The notes under the pieces were generated by a model. That model had not been told where the DNA came from and ran no database searches. It was given only the letters and a program-made list of their open reading frames with translations. From assembly GCF_964204645.1 (NCBI RefSeq), contig NC_134034.1:6236914-6300913 (forward strand): a DNA stretch of 64,000 nucleotides, in the 5' to 3' direction. The stretch comes from Tubulanus polymorphus (taxonomy: Eukaryota > Animalia > Nemertea). This document shows positions 11,751 through 25,945 of the stretch, piece after piece; the stretch's first letter is position 1; each line of letters begins with the position of its first letter. Both the position numbers and the translations under genes were made by a program.

Positions 11751-14720
11751 GTAGGCTTCGAACATTTTAATGGTAATGACTCATTTCACATTCTGTGTCT
11801 CAAAGCTTTTCTCTGTTGAATGTATTACATTTGATATCATTGCTGTGTAAAGTAAAATATGGCAAATTACTAAGCCAAAGTTGTTCACTAATTGACTAGC
11901 CCCTTCAGACATTGTGATGAAAAGTATTTAGACATCAAGTACATACATGAATCCGAAATGTCAAATTATTCTTGGGAAGGAAAACAAGTCAATTTAGAAA
12001 CCATGGTTTGAATACTGATTTGAATTGGTCAAGTATAGTGAATAGAATAGTGAAGCATTGTTTTCAGTGAAGCATTTCATTTTTCTGTGGCAGATGGCGA
12101 CACCAGACAGCCTTTGATATCTAGCTAAGATGAAAGTGATTCCTCATACATATGACATGTATAAAACCACGTTTCGTGGGAGCCAGATTTCTGAAGTAGA
12201 GAGAAGATTGTCATTATTAATGGTGCAATAAACTAGATAATAGGCTGATGTTTAGGACATAGTGATGAAGAATTCTGATGATATTATCTCTTGAGAGGAA
12301 TGAAGACAATTATGCCTTGATAGTGATGATGATTGCTGGCCAAACATTATAGACGACCAAGCGGATCTCTAACTAGGGGGTCAGAATTTGAAGGTGACCT
12401 CCATCTTCAATTATGTCACGCCAGTAGGTCCATGTTTTAGACCTTCCCTGATTACTCTAAGATTCTTATTCTTTCAAAATTGCCACAATCCTGTAAATCT
12501 TAACTTTTTACATATGTAGGTTAGCGTAAATTTCTAATTGCATGAGTGCTATCCTGTTGTATTTTCATAGCGGTCAGAATTTACTTCAGCAACTCATAGA
12601 AGATATTGAACCAAATTTTGAAATACTTAAATGCTGAAAGAAGAGAAAAAAGCATGTATTGTAATATTACAGTGCCCTCATTTAATTCATTCATTCGCAC
12701 AACTAATACATGTACATTGGAACCTTGTTAATACAAGATGACATTACCAAACTTGCAGTATAATGATGATTTTAGTATGTCCCAGCCAAATGTAGGACAA
12801 ATTACGCCCTTGATACGGTAGGGAGTGAAGGAACAAGTTTCAAACTACAACAGTACTTCGTACCATATAGCAGTAGCGCCGGCTCCAGCAAAATCAATGA
12901 TGCCGGTATACTAGGCTATATTGCAATTTACATGGATTTTCGGAATTTTCACACTTTTGACAATCAGTATTGAATGAAGACCGGTAGGCGTTCTGCTTTG
13001 CTTAAGCCGAAGTCTACTAAATTGTCAAAATCAACCGAACATATTAGGCTATCAATAACCACCTGATGCTTTTTGTCATTTCAAAATTGTCTGTACATGT
13101 ATGACCATGTCCCAGTGATCTTGATTTACAAATTTGACCAATTCAATGGTTACCGATTGACACTGGAAAATCAAGGGACTAATAATCAGCAGAATAACAA
13201 GAGGGTTTTCTGCAACTAGGCAGAAAACCCCAAAAATTCAAATTCTACTTCAGAGCGTAGTAATACAAGATAAACTCAATAGACATAGCCCCTAACAATT
13301 CCTCTATTTTTGAAAATCATTTATACAATATGATTAATATCAGTCAATTTAACAAACTTTAGTCCTTAGATTGTTGGTTTCCACGGACAAGTGACTGTCT
13401 GATAGTAATGAAGCAAAAATGATAACATAATGAAAAATTAGATGGAAATTTGATGTTTTGGCCTAACGATTTTCCAGGAAAAGCCCTTTGACTGTGCAAC
13501 TGAGCAACTCATGCAAATCATGCAGCATTACCCGTACTCCAATTCCTAGGAAGCCAAATTTATGAAAAGGGGCCTTGTTGGATTTAAAGGTTTTTCGGAA
13601 AATCTGAACACAAAGATATCAGATTTAAAAAGCCAATCAGAAACCAAGTCTCTTTTATGATTGTTTATCTGCAAAAATCAGCAATTGTGCAAGGTTCAGG
13701 AAAAATGGCTCTTTCTCAAATCGGATGGATGACCTTGATATGCAAGTTAGCCATGTGCTGGAATTGCAAACTAAATCAAATTTTATTCTGCAAAAAATAT
13801 AAAATCCAAGTCAATTTTACCTCATTGAACAAAATTGAATCAAATCCAATATCATTCTGCATTCAAATTTATAAGACAAATGGAAAAGATATTAATTCCT
13901 GCCATCTCTCTGTCTTTGTTAGTACAGTTACATATAAAACACATTTGTACTGTTTAGATCATATTGAGAGGGGACAGTTCTTTGACAAATATAACCCATA
14001 TAGGCCCTTACTGATAACATCATTTATGAAAAGCAAATTTGACAGGCTGGCTATAGTGCCTCTTGGAGCTCTTGTTATAAATCAATGCAATCAATGTAAT
14101 AAAAAGGATTCTCAGCACAACTAGGATCTATAATGGCAGTCTAATTTTGTCATTAGTCTTAACTGGAAAATAGGCCTCGGATGCACCAAAAATGCATTGA
14201 AATTTCAAAATTATCTTCCAAACTCTCACCAGGTGCTGGCAACCGATGAAAAACCTCATAACCACGTAGCCATTTTTGACAAAAAGTGCTTCCTCTTCAT
14301 CATGGGCTTGCAGGCTTTCAAGCCCATATTGCTATCACACGGATTGATAACTTGTTTGGGGAGTCGATAACTTTAGTTAGAAACTTTCATGGGCTCTGAT
14401 ATTTACACACATTTCATGCAGTAATAAAATCTAGGTTCCTTTCGTATATTTGCTCAATCAGTTGTCGTTTTCTTTGTTTCGTGGCTCTAATCTATTTTTC
14501 GTGTTCGCATCTCTTCACCTGAAGACATGAAGTCACTCGAGTTAGTCACACTTTTTCTCTCAGCAGTAAATTTTTTTTTTTCTATACAGCAAAATTATTT
14601 TAACACAATCCGAGTAATAAGTAATTTAGCAATTATCAACATATGATAGATTCTGTTAAGACATCACAGTATGCAAATAACAACCATCCAAAAGCTTGTC
14701 TTAAATTTATTTCTTTGTAG

Positions 14721-14819
14721 ATTGTCTCCAAAAAGACAGCAAAAAAGTGAAACATTAGCCACTACATTGTCATCCATATTTTGGCGAGCAGGAAATGGAC
14801 GACAAGCAATAGTTTCTCT
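14721..14819 (+). CDS. MINDY4: MINDY4 exon
   Basis: tttgtag|..LSPKRQQKSETLATTLSSIFWRAGNGRQAIVS(L)|gtaggt; phase matches the flanking exons. Confidence 0.85.
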
Positions 14820-14910
14820 GTAGGTAGTAATAATTTTGTCAACATTGAGGTTAGGAGAACTGCATCTATCAAACACAGCACAGTAAAATCAATGTTTCTT
14901 TTTTCTCTAG

Positions 14911-14974
14911 GTCATCAGGTAGCTCCCACTTCTCTGGTGGTGGAAAATATAAGGCTGACAATTTCACTGAAACG
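14911..14974 (+). CDS. MINDY4: MINDY4 exon
   Basis: ctctag|SSGSSHFSGGGKYKADNFTET|gtcagt; matches the GKYKAD..ET segment of MINDY4. Confidence 0.85.
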
Positions 14975-15759
14975 GTCAGTTACACTAATATCAGTAGATA
15001 GTTTAACCCGTACAGTACGGGCATATATGTGTCAGATGCAGGGAAAGGGTTTAAAAAAATTGCTTCCAAAAGATGCAACCCTATTTCATGTAGGGAGTAT
15101 GTATAATTTTTATCAAGCAGAATTATTTTACTATAAAAAGTTAGGTATTTGTATAGCACTACCTATAGTTTGAGGGAGTCAAAGGTCAAACTTTTGACCA
15201 TTGAGTGACCAAATCTATACAGCAATAGAAAGCCTGTATAATTATCTTCAAAATAACCAATAATTGTAGTGCATCATTTTCAGTAGTTTTCACACTGCAT
15301 CTCTACTAATCTTCATATGCAAATTCAATTGGCTAATTAAGCGTTTGTTATTCTGGAACATATATATGAAGTCGCGGCGTCTAATGGGTTAATGGAGAAC
15401 ACATAGGCTATGATAGCATTTAATTGCATATGGTGCAAAATGTGCCACAATATGCATTTTGCAAATCATTATTGGGTAGGCCTAGAGCATCAAACATTCA
15501 CCTACAAAGGAATTACTTGCAAAATCTTCTAGCTTGTGGCGATCTTGAAGAAATTAAGCCCATTAAACTTGAAATTTACGATAATCACAAGTAGGGGCAT
15601 CACTTGGAGAAGAACTCTGTGTAACCCATTAGCACTCAGGAATTCACTATGTAGTGTTAATTACTCCTCAGAAAATTCAAGGCAAAATCCAAGTTTGATA
15701 GAAAAATAAAATCTTTATGAAAACTTATAATTTAATTTTCCATGCCATTCATATTTCAG

Positions 15760-15896
15760 TTAGTGCTCTATTATTTCGACTCGTATGATGGACTCATTGA
15801 TTTCATGAAGAGAAATATTTACCATTTTGAAACTGATGGAAGTGGTGGTGTTATAATGGTTTTGTTCTCATCCATTCTCAGCTCCACAGTTGAAAT
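15760..15896 (+). CDS. MINDY4: MINDY4 exon
   Basis: tttcag|LVLYYFDSYDGLIDFMKRNIYHFETDGSGGVIMVLFSSILSSTVE(M)|gtaagt. Confidence 0.85.
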
Positions 15897-16870
15897 GTAA
15901 GTCTAATTAACTACAGTAGACTCTGCTCGTCTTGGATTATCCATTTTCCCCAAGAGCATATTTGAAAATTTCAAATATTTGATGTTATAATGAAGATGTG
16001 TTGCAGATATATAGTTGGTGGAATGATAAGCCCCTGCACAAAATTACCACGTTACGTTATATCCCATGCACCAACCAGGGGGAGTTGAATACTTGAAAAA
16101 GTGATGATTTCAGATCACCTTGTTAATGAAACATACTTCATTATGTCTCTCTGAGGGGATTGGGCTGGTGTGATGTCCACCCCTATCGGAAATTGAGGTC
16201 ATTGGCCATCAAATATGGCCACTAGGGCAGCCATCTTGAATTTCCAGTAAGCGCGATACAGCCTGTAATTCTTGATGGATTTTCATAAGATTTATTGAGT
16301 GAGTTTTGGCAGGTGAAATTTGTCCTTATCATAGATGAAGGTCATCGGTCATCAAATATGGCCACCAGGGCAGCCATCTTGAATTTCCAGTTAGCGCGAT
16401 ACAGCCTGAAATTCTTGATGGATTTTCATAAGATTTATTGAAAGAGTTTTTGGCAGGTGAAATGTGTCCATATCCCAGATAAAGGTCATAGGTCATCAAA
16501 TATGGCCACTGGGGCAGCCATCTTGAATTTCTTGTTCGCATGATATGACTCAATTCTTAAAAGATTTTCATGAAACTCAATTTGAGGATTGGGCAGGTGA
16601 GATGCCCACTCCTATTGAAGAATAGAGGGCGTTAGCCTACAAATATGGGCAGGGCAGCAGACTTGAATTTTCTAGTTTGCGTGATACAGCCTACAATTCT
16701 TGATGGATTTCATGATACTCAGCGCGAGGATTGGGGCAGGTGAGCTGTCCACCACTTTAGAAAATCGAGGTTATTGGCCATGAAATATGTGTGCTAGAGC
16801 AGCCATTTTTGTAAGTGCGATACAGCCTACAATTCTTAAAGGATTTTCATAAAACTTAGTGTGAGGATTG

Positions 16871-18005
16871 CAAGCCTGTAAATGATTTTTTTGCCAGTGC
16901 CTGCCACATGTCCGGCACCAACTATAATGCTGCCTGACATTAATGAGTTGGTGCCTGCCATTTACATGGCAGGCACCAACTGTATGGTGCCTGACATAAA
17001 TGATTTTGGTGCCTGCCATTTAGCAAAGTACTACTGTTTTAAAGAGAATTACCTAATTACTAAAATAATAAAAGTATATTTTACTTCCGCGTTTGCGTGC
17101 GCAAGCTTGACAACACGCGGCGCGGTGGAGCTAGCAGATGGCTACACTGACTGAACAGAACTACCGTATTTTCCGGCCAATAAGCCGATTTTCTAGCCTC
17201 AGATTTTTACCCAAAATATCGTGATTGGCTTATTGGGCGGATACGATCTGACATAAAAAATCACTTCCTGATCTATGCCACTCTAATGCTCTCAATGATC
17301 ATCAAAATCAAGAAAAGTGGTCGATATTTATTTGAGGTCATTATTTACTACCAATTATAATCTATTTTGAACTATTTTATTTTTACTTTGATTGCTTCAT
17401 CACCGCACAGCGGCAATGGTATACATTTATATAACGCGCGAGTTCATCGTACTACCAAGTGTCAGTTCATACATTAGTATATATGCAAATCAGCAGTGAG
17501 CTGCGTACTGCGTGTATGGCTGTGTGTATAGTAATCTGCTGAGTGAGTCTATATATAGCACAGTCACTCGGCGATGATAGTATACACAGCACTCTCACAC
17601 ATCGGCGGGTGCTATTGTCAGCCTCTTAAATCGTCAATTAAGACGAACTAATTGACAAATCAGTGAATTAAAATCTCTGAAGAAGGGCCTCGGTTTATTT
17701 ATTTTAGGCTAAAAAACTGCCCTCGGCTTATTGGCCGGAAAATACGGTAGCGCGATTTCACCGCAATAAGCAACGGAATTGATCAGAAGACAACTGGCGC
17801 GATTTATCGCAATAAACAAAGGAATTAATTGATCAGTGATAGGAAACGGCGCTATTTATTTTCATATCGGTTCAAAAGCTGAAACTATTAGAACCATGAA
17901 ATATTTCACGCCGGTCAGCGTGACAGGCAGGAGCGATTTTGCAACGGACATCGTAGCGTTTTGAGCCGGCCAATGTCCGTGACCGGCCGCTTATTTACAG
18001 CCTTG
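16871..18005. mobile_element. DNA-transposon MITE with a 6-bp target duplication (hAT-like)
   Basis: GGATTG|caagcctgtaaat...atttacagccttg|GGATTG. Confidence 0.6.
17164..17747. mobile_element. Tc1/mariner-pogo-type MITE nested in the element above
   Basis: TA|ccgtattttccggccaataagccga...tcggcttattggccggaaaatacgg|TA. Confidence 0.85.
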
Positions 18006-18911
18006 GGATTGGGGCCAGTAGGCTTGCAAGCCTAATTGAATGAGGAGGTCATTAGCCATCAAATATGGATGCAAGGCTAGCCATCCCTTGTCAAAGTTTC
18101 AAGGTTACTTTCTGCCCCCTGCAACAAAACTGATGTATGAAGGATAATGGCTTCCTGGGGGAGAGTGTTTTGGGGATGGTATGATAGGCTGCAAGGCGTA
18201 AGTCTAGCTTGAAACGGAATATCCACTGCACCTAATGATATGTATTAATTTTGGGCATAGTTGCATTCAAAATGGTTGACTGGCGGTTACTGGTAGCCAT
18301 TTTGGATTAAATATAACCCTGTTCCTGTTTGGAGTATTCCACTGACAATGAGTTGCTCAGATCCAACATGTTACATTGGATTGCCTGATTATTTGGTCAT
18401 GGCAATAGAAATCGATTCAAATGGCCTAGGGTGTCAGGCAATGGCGACCTGGAGAGCAATATTTACTGGCCAGTGATGGTTCTCCAATGTTTCCCGTGAT
18501 GACAAAATTGGTAATAGAATGCTGCTAGCATCAGGTTATTACATTATTATGTCTCCCTGGTTGTGGGAGACATTATGTTTGACTCCGTGTCTGCCATGCA
18601 CCATCCACCGTCCCCTGCTACCTCGATAGCGCGATACAGGCTGCAATTCTTGTTGGACTTTTCATAAACTTAGTGTGAGGATTGGGGCACATGAGACAAT
18701 CTGTGCTATTGGAAATGGAGGTTCAGGGCAGCCATCTTTAATTTTTTGTTAGGCCCATACAATCTACAATTCTTGATGGATGAAACTCAGTCATGAAACT
18801 CAGTGTTAGGATTGGGGCAGGTTAGAAGTCCACCCCTGTTCAAAGTAGAGGTCATGGGCCTTCAAATATGGCCCCAACAGTGGCCATCTTGAATTTGTTA
18901 GTGTGTCAATT

Positions 18912-19177
18912 TGTCATTGGGCTTTGCATATGGTCACCAGGGGGCATTGAATAGTAGAATAACTTAGTATTTCCATATCATATTGGTAACTAGGAATATT
19001 TTGTTACCACAATCAATTACAAAAATGTAGCTGCTGACATGTGCTATGATTGTGGTGAGTTTCAAGGTCATTAGATTTTTTCAAGGTCATTGGATGGGGC
19101 ATTGAATATTGAAATTGTTAGATTGTTCAGCATCTGAAACCACTTCCCAAGTGGGCATGGTGTCCCTGGACCCCTAG
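18912..19177 (+). mobile_element. 3' fragment of HINE family A
   Basis: Same 120-bp repeat unit and ...ccctggaccccTAG|tt end as other family A copies. Confidence 0.75.
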
Positions 19178-19341
19178 TTTTACGATATGCAAGGCTCTCA
19201 GGTACCGTATTGATTCGTCCAGTGTGTCAACTTCTACATGTGAATAAGTTTGCTATGGAAATCGACTCAATAGTTGCCTAGTTTTTCCCCGCTTTTGAAA
19301 TATAAACAATTCAAGCCCAAGTCATGTTTACATTTATGTAG

Positions 19342-19570
19342 GGTGAAGTCAGACATGGATGACCGCAGTAACAAACTAATGGGTGCACATGGTTACTGTA
19401 CACAAGAAATGGTGAATTTGATTCTTCTAGGATATGCTGCTTCAAATGTATTCAATGATACCGTTGAGTTAGGTGGTGCTGCTGATGGATCATCATTAAT
19501 TCTGAAAGGCATACGTCAGCGTAGTGATGTAGGACTGCTATCTCTTTTTGAGCATTATAAATCTTGTCAG
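19342..19570 (+). CDS. MINDY4: MINDY4 exon
   Basis: tatgtag|VKSDMDDRSNKLMGAHGYCTQEMVNLILLGYAASNVFND...RSDVGLLSLFEHYKSCQ|gtagga; diagnostic GAHGYCTQE and LSLFEHY motifs. Confidence 0.95.
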
Positions 19571-20541
19571 GTAGGAATCTGTATTTTAAGGGATTTCAGG
19601 ATTTCACAGGAAACCCTATAATGATTCGTCTGATTATTATCATTTTTGCCTTTTCCACTGACTTGTTGAGACTTTGCCACTGACTGAATTAGATAATTTA
19701 ATCATGAAATATGACAAACTGGGAAAGATATAATGGTAGTCAAGGAAAAAATTACGTACTGTATTTTCCCAACTTCAAAGACTGGGTTGAAACTCAATGA
19801 AGCCAACTTATACCTAACAATAAATCAAGAATGGGTTATAAATGAATAACTAGAAAGAAACTTTAAAAGAGGACGTTTGTTTATGAAATGCATGTATACC
19901 TTGACACCTGCCACATTGATTGGAAATTTTGAATACCGGGTATTCAAGTGTCATCATCCAGCGTAATTCAAAAATTCTTCTTTGGGATTAAAAAAAACTA
20001 TGCAGTGTATCAATCCGGGATTTTCGGTACAAAATCCAAAGCCAAATACCTTCCTCTAAAAGGTTATTTGGTGTATATCGGATAAATATTAATTATGATA
20101 TTCACTTCATAAATTTTGAAGTGGATTGCTTCGGATTAATGGCAGCTCACATAGGCCAAACTCACCGCGTGTGTGCGTGTTGAGCGGACCATTGTGATAA
20201 TTATCAATGGTGTGAGCGTCTCTAGATTCTCAGAGGGCCTCTGTGCGTTCAAAAGTAATTAAGTTAAGTCACCATATGTTGACACTCACCTTTAGACTGC
20301 GTACGGTCCTCTTAAGTTAACATCCACCATACAATGATTTTAAGGGTGGCGCTTCTGTCATTCACTATACTCTACGTCATAAGCAACGCATGATGTGTGA
20401 TGTCACGTAAGAGGGCACGGTAAAACCTACCCAACTATTTTCAACCAAATTTAATCCCAACTTGAAGACACCATTTCAGATGCGGAATTTGAGGATATTT
20501 CTACTAAAAAGCATTATTGATTGCACTTGCATGATTTTTAT

Positions 20542-20784
20542 GGTAAAGCTTAGAATTTACTTAACATCGTTAACGTTCATTTTCCGTTTCGTTTACGTTT
20601 AAAAACGAAAATTGATTGGCGTTTAGGAAAGAAATTAAATCCATACCATCCATTGTTGTATCGGCTTTATAACGCGTTCCAATCGCGTGTACAGTAAATT
20701 TCAATTGGAACGATAAACGAGAACGCTAAGCGTTCAACACTCAAATGATGCGCTATTTTCGTTAAGTTAGTTCTAAGCTGTACC
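20542..20784. mobile_element. Small MITE
   Basis: ggtaaagcttagaatttacttaac...gttaagttagttctaagctgtacc imperfect TIR. Confidence 0.5.
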
Positions 20785-20855
20785 TTAGCTTCGTAGACAG
20801 CCTGAGCTGCTTTAGCGATTCCGCCGGCATCGTCATGTGAAAGTAAAGTTACCCA

Positions 20856-22095
20856 TTTTTAGCCCACTTGGGACTTTAGTCCCAGCGGGCTATTGCATTC
20901 ACCTTTCGTCCGTCGTCCGTCCGTCCCTCCATCCGTAGACGGAATCCAGTTATTTTGGGAAGTTTTGAAGACGCTTCAATGTAATGTCTTGATATTTGGG
21001 TTACACATGTATCTGCCCTAGACACATCTTCAGCCCAAAAACTGGCCCTGTCAGAATCAAGATGGCCGACTGGCAGCCATTATTGTTCGCCAAAATCAAC
21101 ACTATTTACACATTTTTGAACTTTTTTAGGGAAATTTTGAAGACGCTTTGATCAATTACCTTGATCTTTCAGGTGAATGTGAATCCCCCCAGGGCCCATC
21201 AGCATAACAAAAATTGGGTTAATCGGACTCAAGATGACCGTCCTATAACTTTTTTAAGTGCCCAAAAATGTCAATTTTGGCCCGAATTCTTAGTCTTGTA
21301 GCTTCCTACTGGTTTGCCATTTCTCATTGCAATTTGTGATTGTTATTCTTTGAAAAGGGATGTTCTAAACCTGAGACAGGTATTTTTGATCAGCCAATTA
21401 TGAGTACTCATTCGCAAGTACTCATTCGTAGGTGGGAAAAAGTTTATCCACATATTGATACCTAAGCACAATCAATTAGAAACTTGTAGCACATAACGTG
21501 TTCTATGATGTGGTGAGTTTCAAGGTCATTGGTTTTTGTATATGGCCACCAGGGGGCGTTGAATAATACAATATCTTAGTATTTCTATATTATATTCGTA
21601 TCAATGCATATTTTGTAACCCTATCAATTGCAAAGTTGTAGCTCATGACATCATCTATGATTGTGGCAAGTTTTAAGGCCATTAATTATTCTATATGGTC
21701 ACCAGGGGGCGTTGAATAGTAGAATAACTTAGTATTTCCTTATTATATTGGTACCTAGGCATATTTTGCTACCACGATCAATTACCAAGTTATAATTCAT
21801 GACATGTTCTATGATTGTGGTGAGTTTCAAAGTCATTGGGTTTTGAAAATGGTCACCAGGGGGCGTTGAATAGTAGAATAACTTAGTATTTCCATATCAG
21901 ATTGGTAACGAGGCATATTTTGTTATCGCAATCAATTACAAAATTGTAGCTGCTGACATTTTCTATGATTGTGGTGAGTTTCAAGGTCATTGGTTTTTGT
22001 ATATGGTCACCAGGGGCCGTTGAATATTGAAATTGTTAGATTGATGAGCATTTGGAACCACTTCCCAAGTGGGCATGGTGTCCCTGGACCCCTAG
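20856..22095 (+). mobile_element. Full-length HINE/DINE-1-like element, family A (~1.24 kb)
   Basis: 5' T-run, subTIR gcccacttggga with partial inverted copy, (GTCC)n microsatellite, central ~120-bp tandem repeats, 3' subTIR tcccaagtgggc, short hairpin, CTAG|TT end, no TSD. Confidence 0.85.
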
Positions 22096-22211
22096 TTTGT
22101 TCTTGCCACCAGGAAGGGGGATTCAGGGTTTTCATTGATAGTGGTATTTAGGATATTAGACATGCCTCTAATATCATGAAGTTTATACTGAGCATATTTT
22201 CATTGTTTTAG

Positions 22212-22392
22212 GTTGGGACATATCTGAAAACACCAAGATATCCAATCTGGGTTGTGTGCAGTGAAAGCCATTTCAGTGTTCTGTTCTCTACAAAAAAAGA
22301 ACTTACGAGTGATTGGAAAGCAGAAAGGAGATTTGATTTATATTACTATGATGGACTTGCTCGACAAGATGAAGAAATCAAATTAACCATAG
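22212..22392 (+). CDS. MINDY4: MINDY4 exon containing the catalytic His
   Basis: ttttag|[26 protein letters not shown]...[22 protein letters not shown](D)|gttggt; [10 protein letters not shown] is MINDY4-type rather than MINDY3-type. Confidence 0.95.
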
Positions 22393-23367
22393 GTTGGTTT
22401 TCATAGAACAATTCTAGGCATCTCATACAGCTTAGAGAGAACCGGTAGATGTCTCTTCAGATAGCTAGAAAATAGCTGTTAGCAATTGTTGGTGTCTGTT
22501 TTGGCTGTTTAGGCTATGTATAGAAGCCGTAGTGTGAAGCCATAGTTGTACTTAGAGCTTTGTTAATTGTCCCAAATAATCATCCATTGAAGCCCTCTGT
22601 CATGCAGCCATGCATTCCAATATTCCATAGCCTATTCTTTTTGAAATGAATTGGTTTGAGATTGGGTCAGGACAAAATATGTAGATTCTTTATTAGCCAA
22701 CACGGAACTTTAGTCTCTGACCTATGTTCCTTTATTTTGCTATTGCTATACTATGAACATTGGGAAAAACTTGCAAAACGTGTGACTGACATCTCAAAAT
22801 GTAAACACATATGCAATTACCTTTAAGCCATTCAGTACATGCATGAATCACAGATACTTATTTGCTTATAGAAAAAAAGCAATTTAATTTTAGTTTCACT
22901 TGGAAATAAAAGAAAATTTTTTCATTTTCGCAGACAACTGATGTCTTTAGCGTAGCGTTTTTCATCAACCCCAAACAACTGCACATGCATCAATCATTGA
23001 TCTCCCCATCATCATACATTTGAGAGTTCCGCGGATTTCCGCGTTTCTCCTCTTCGAAAAATATCAGTTTCGCAATTCGTCCATATCTGATGAGAAAACA
23101 TGCGGGGGTGGTTGGTTGATGGAATATCGATGAACCTATATCCCCTCACAGATAATGAACGCGAACGACGTGCTTCCCCTTTAAATTTGTCGTTCCGCGG
23201 TCCAAGCTGTGTCTATTCGAAACTGTGATTGTGATTGGCCTAAAGCTCATGGTTGTCAGCCAATAATATCGCTCGTCTCATGAATGAGAGCACTTGAAGA
23301 ATAAGCGTGCCAAGCATGCCTTCCGTCTTCAATTGGTAAATTAAAATAACAATACGCTAGTAGTAAA

Positions 23368-25945
23368 ATGCGAGGTGACATTCTCATTCGCCGTGCCGGC
23401 ACGGGTGACAGTCTTGAATCCGAAAAATCACTCGCGAATGGCTGGAGGTGGGCCTGGCTGCAGGCTGACGTAGGTGGAGAGTTTCTCGTTAAATACATAA
23501 GAAAAATTCAAGCTCTGGGGAAAGCGTATTGCACGGCCTGTGATGCTGTTAAAGTACGATACCAGGGGAAAACCTGCACTGACAGACCACGTTGCGTCGA
23601 ATAAACATCGGAAAAACGTCAAAGATATTTCGTCTAATTACGTTCTCCCAGGTTTGTAAATCTTTTTGCTATTATTTTTTCTGTAGTAGAATCTTATAGG
23701 ATGCCTAAAGGTCGGCCTAATAATTGTTTTTTGCTGCACCATGTGAAGGTTGAGTGGATTTTTTTCTTTTTTGCATGCATTTTTAAGTCTAAAATTATTA
23801 AATTTTATCTTTTCAGGGACTTCCTGTGGCCAGTCTGATGAAACTACTTATGGTCTTCATCAGATGTTTGGCAAGCAACAGACTGTCTTTCGAGATCCAC
23901 CAAAACGAAATGTACCAGAAGAAGACAGGGTTAGTAACATGGAATCCATGTTACTCGGGATTATGGCTGAACATTCGCTGCCGTTCACAGCATCACCTGC
24001 TTTAATAGAACTGTCTAAAGCCATGGCAGCTGACAAGACTGCATTATCATCATTGTCAGTTGATCGAACAAGTGCATCTTATAAGATGAAGTATGGTATT
24101 GCGAAAACTTTTGAAAACCAGTTAAAAGATAAGCTAGCTGTAGTGCCGTTTTCCTTAAACATTGATGAAGCCACCAGCTCCAATCATTCTCGTGTACTGG
24201 CTTTACTTGTGGCCTACCTTTCGCTAGAGAGAAAGCAAGTTCTCGTGGAACATCTCGAATCTATTTCAATGTCGACCGTCAATTCCCAGACTGTTTATGA
24301 CTGTATTACGAATGCATTTGTGAAACGTGAACTTCCCTGGTGTAATGTTATTTCCATATTGATGGACAGTTGTAGTGTTATGCGTGGTTCGCAGCAACAT
24401 TGCTCCACATTTAATTGATATTGATGGCGACACTTGTCATCATGCTCATAATGCAAGTCACAAACTGTGTAGACCATTTGAAAGGTATCTGGAAAACTTA
24501 TACAATGACCTGTACAATGATTTCAACTTCTTAACTGATCTCGTAGTCGCACTGGAAGAGATATGTAACTCGCTTGGTATTACATTTCGGATGCCACACA
24601 GATTCGTTGGCCATCGATGGCTTTCTGCCTATGATGCTACACTTTCGTTTTTGCACTTGAAGGATGCTTATACTGTGTTTTATTACTCTTTTTTGTCCAA
24701 GAATGACAAAGTGCTTTATCTATCATCAATTGTTGAGATTTATAAACGTCATGGTACGTCTACTGAGGCTCGAGATCACATCAAAAGTATCTTGCTGAAA
24801 CTGTCATCTAAAGGATTAACAGAGGCTGGTAAAAACCGCAAGCAACAAATCTACGAGAAGATTGTAATTAAGTCTAAGGGAACGGTCTTGTACGCATATT
24901 TCTATGAGTCTGTACTCCCATTTCTCAAGAAATATGTAATGACGCTGGAAATGAATAAGCCAATGATACACGTTTTGTATGACATGATAACTGACTTAGT
25001 CAGGGACTTTCTCTCCAGTTTTGCTAAACCAGATATTCTCTGTAAAGCAGCATCTGGTCAGAAATGGTTCGTCTGCATGACTCCCTAGGTCATGAAGCCA
25101 AATGCGTGACAAAGAGATGTTTATTGGCAGTAAAGCTGAGGGACTGTAGGACTGAAGGACTTAGGAAAGACGACTCCCTCCGTGTTAAGTTTTTGAACAT
25201 GATTTCTACAGCGTATGTTGATTGTGGAAAATATCTCATTATGAAAATGCCTCTTGAGAATATGGCCCTCTTGTATTTTTCTAGTGTAGACCCTGCTTGT
25301 CGTGGCTGTTATAATGCGCTTAAATACATGCTTCAAATCCCGAAGAAAGTATTGACAACTATTCTTCAGCCAGAAGAAATTGAATGTTATGAAAAAGAGG
25401 TGAGAAAATTCCACTCTGATCCGGCTTTTTCTAAGATTCCGTATGATCCAAAATGCGATAGGGTGGATACATGGTGGTGCAATGTGTATGAGACAGGGGC
25501 ATATCCGAATCTTTTTAAAATTGTTGCAGCGGTGCTATCGTGTTTCCATGGACCCAAAGTTGAAGGTTCATTTAATGTAATGTCAGACGTGATTGACAAG
25601 AGATCCGGACAGATGCATATAGAGACTTACAGTGCTGTACAATCTGTTAAGTACAAATTGCGAGCCAGTGGAAAAACTTCTGTTCAGTATTTCAGAAGAA
25701 CAGATGTTCTGAATGACCCAATTGATTCAAAACTCCGCAATAACATGAGATGTGCATTTAAAAAATATCGTAGTGTAGTTGATAAACGTGAAGAGGAAAA
25801 AGAAAGACAGAAAGAAAAACTGAAACTGAAAGAATCCGAGAGATTGACCAAAAAAAGACAGAAAGAACTTTCATTAAAATCCATCAAAAAGGCACGCCTT
25901 GTTTTTCTTGAGAAATCAAGAAAAAGAAAATCCTCTAAGAAATAA
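23368..25945 (+). pseudogene. hAT-superfamily transposase pseudogene inside a MINDY4 intron, with its own intron (~23652-23816)
   Basis: N-terminal Zn finger (KAYCTAC...DHV..NKH), FSLNIDEAT, ILMDSC, DTCHHAHN (CxxH-like), RWLS, VDTWW, hATC-like LSCFHGPKVEGSFNVM; frameshifts near 23560, 24390 and 25070. Confidence 0.8.

Larger units (their letters stand above)
16142..18900 (+). repeat. Degenerate ~140-bp tandem repeats of a HINE-like family, interrupted by nested MITEs
   Basis: Recurring ggcagccatcttgaattt..gcgatacagcct..aattcttgatggattttcat units at ~16227, 16368, 16512, 16650, 18630-18890. Confidence 0.6.

Noticed and set aside
19274-19621. 115-aa ORF as a standalone gene
   Set aside because: Only 19342-19570 is coding; it is a MINDY4 exon with intronic read-through on both sides.
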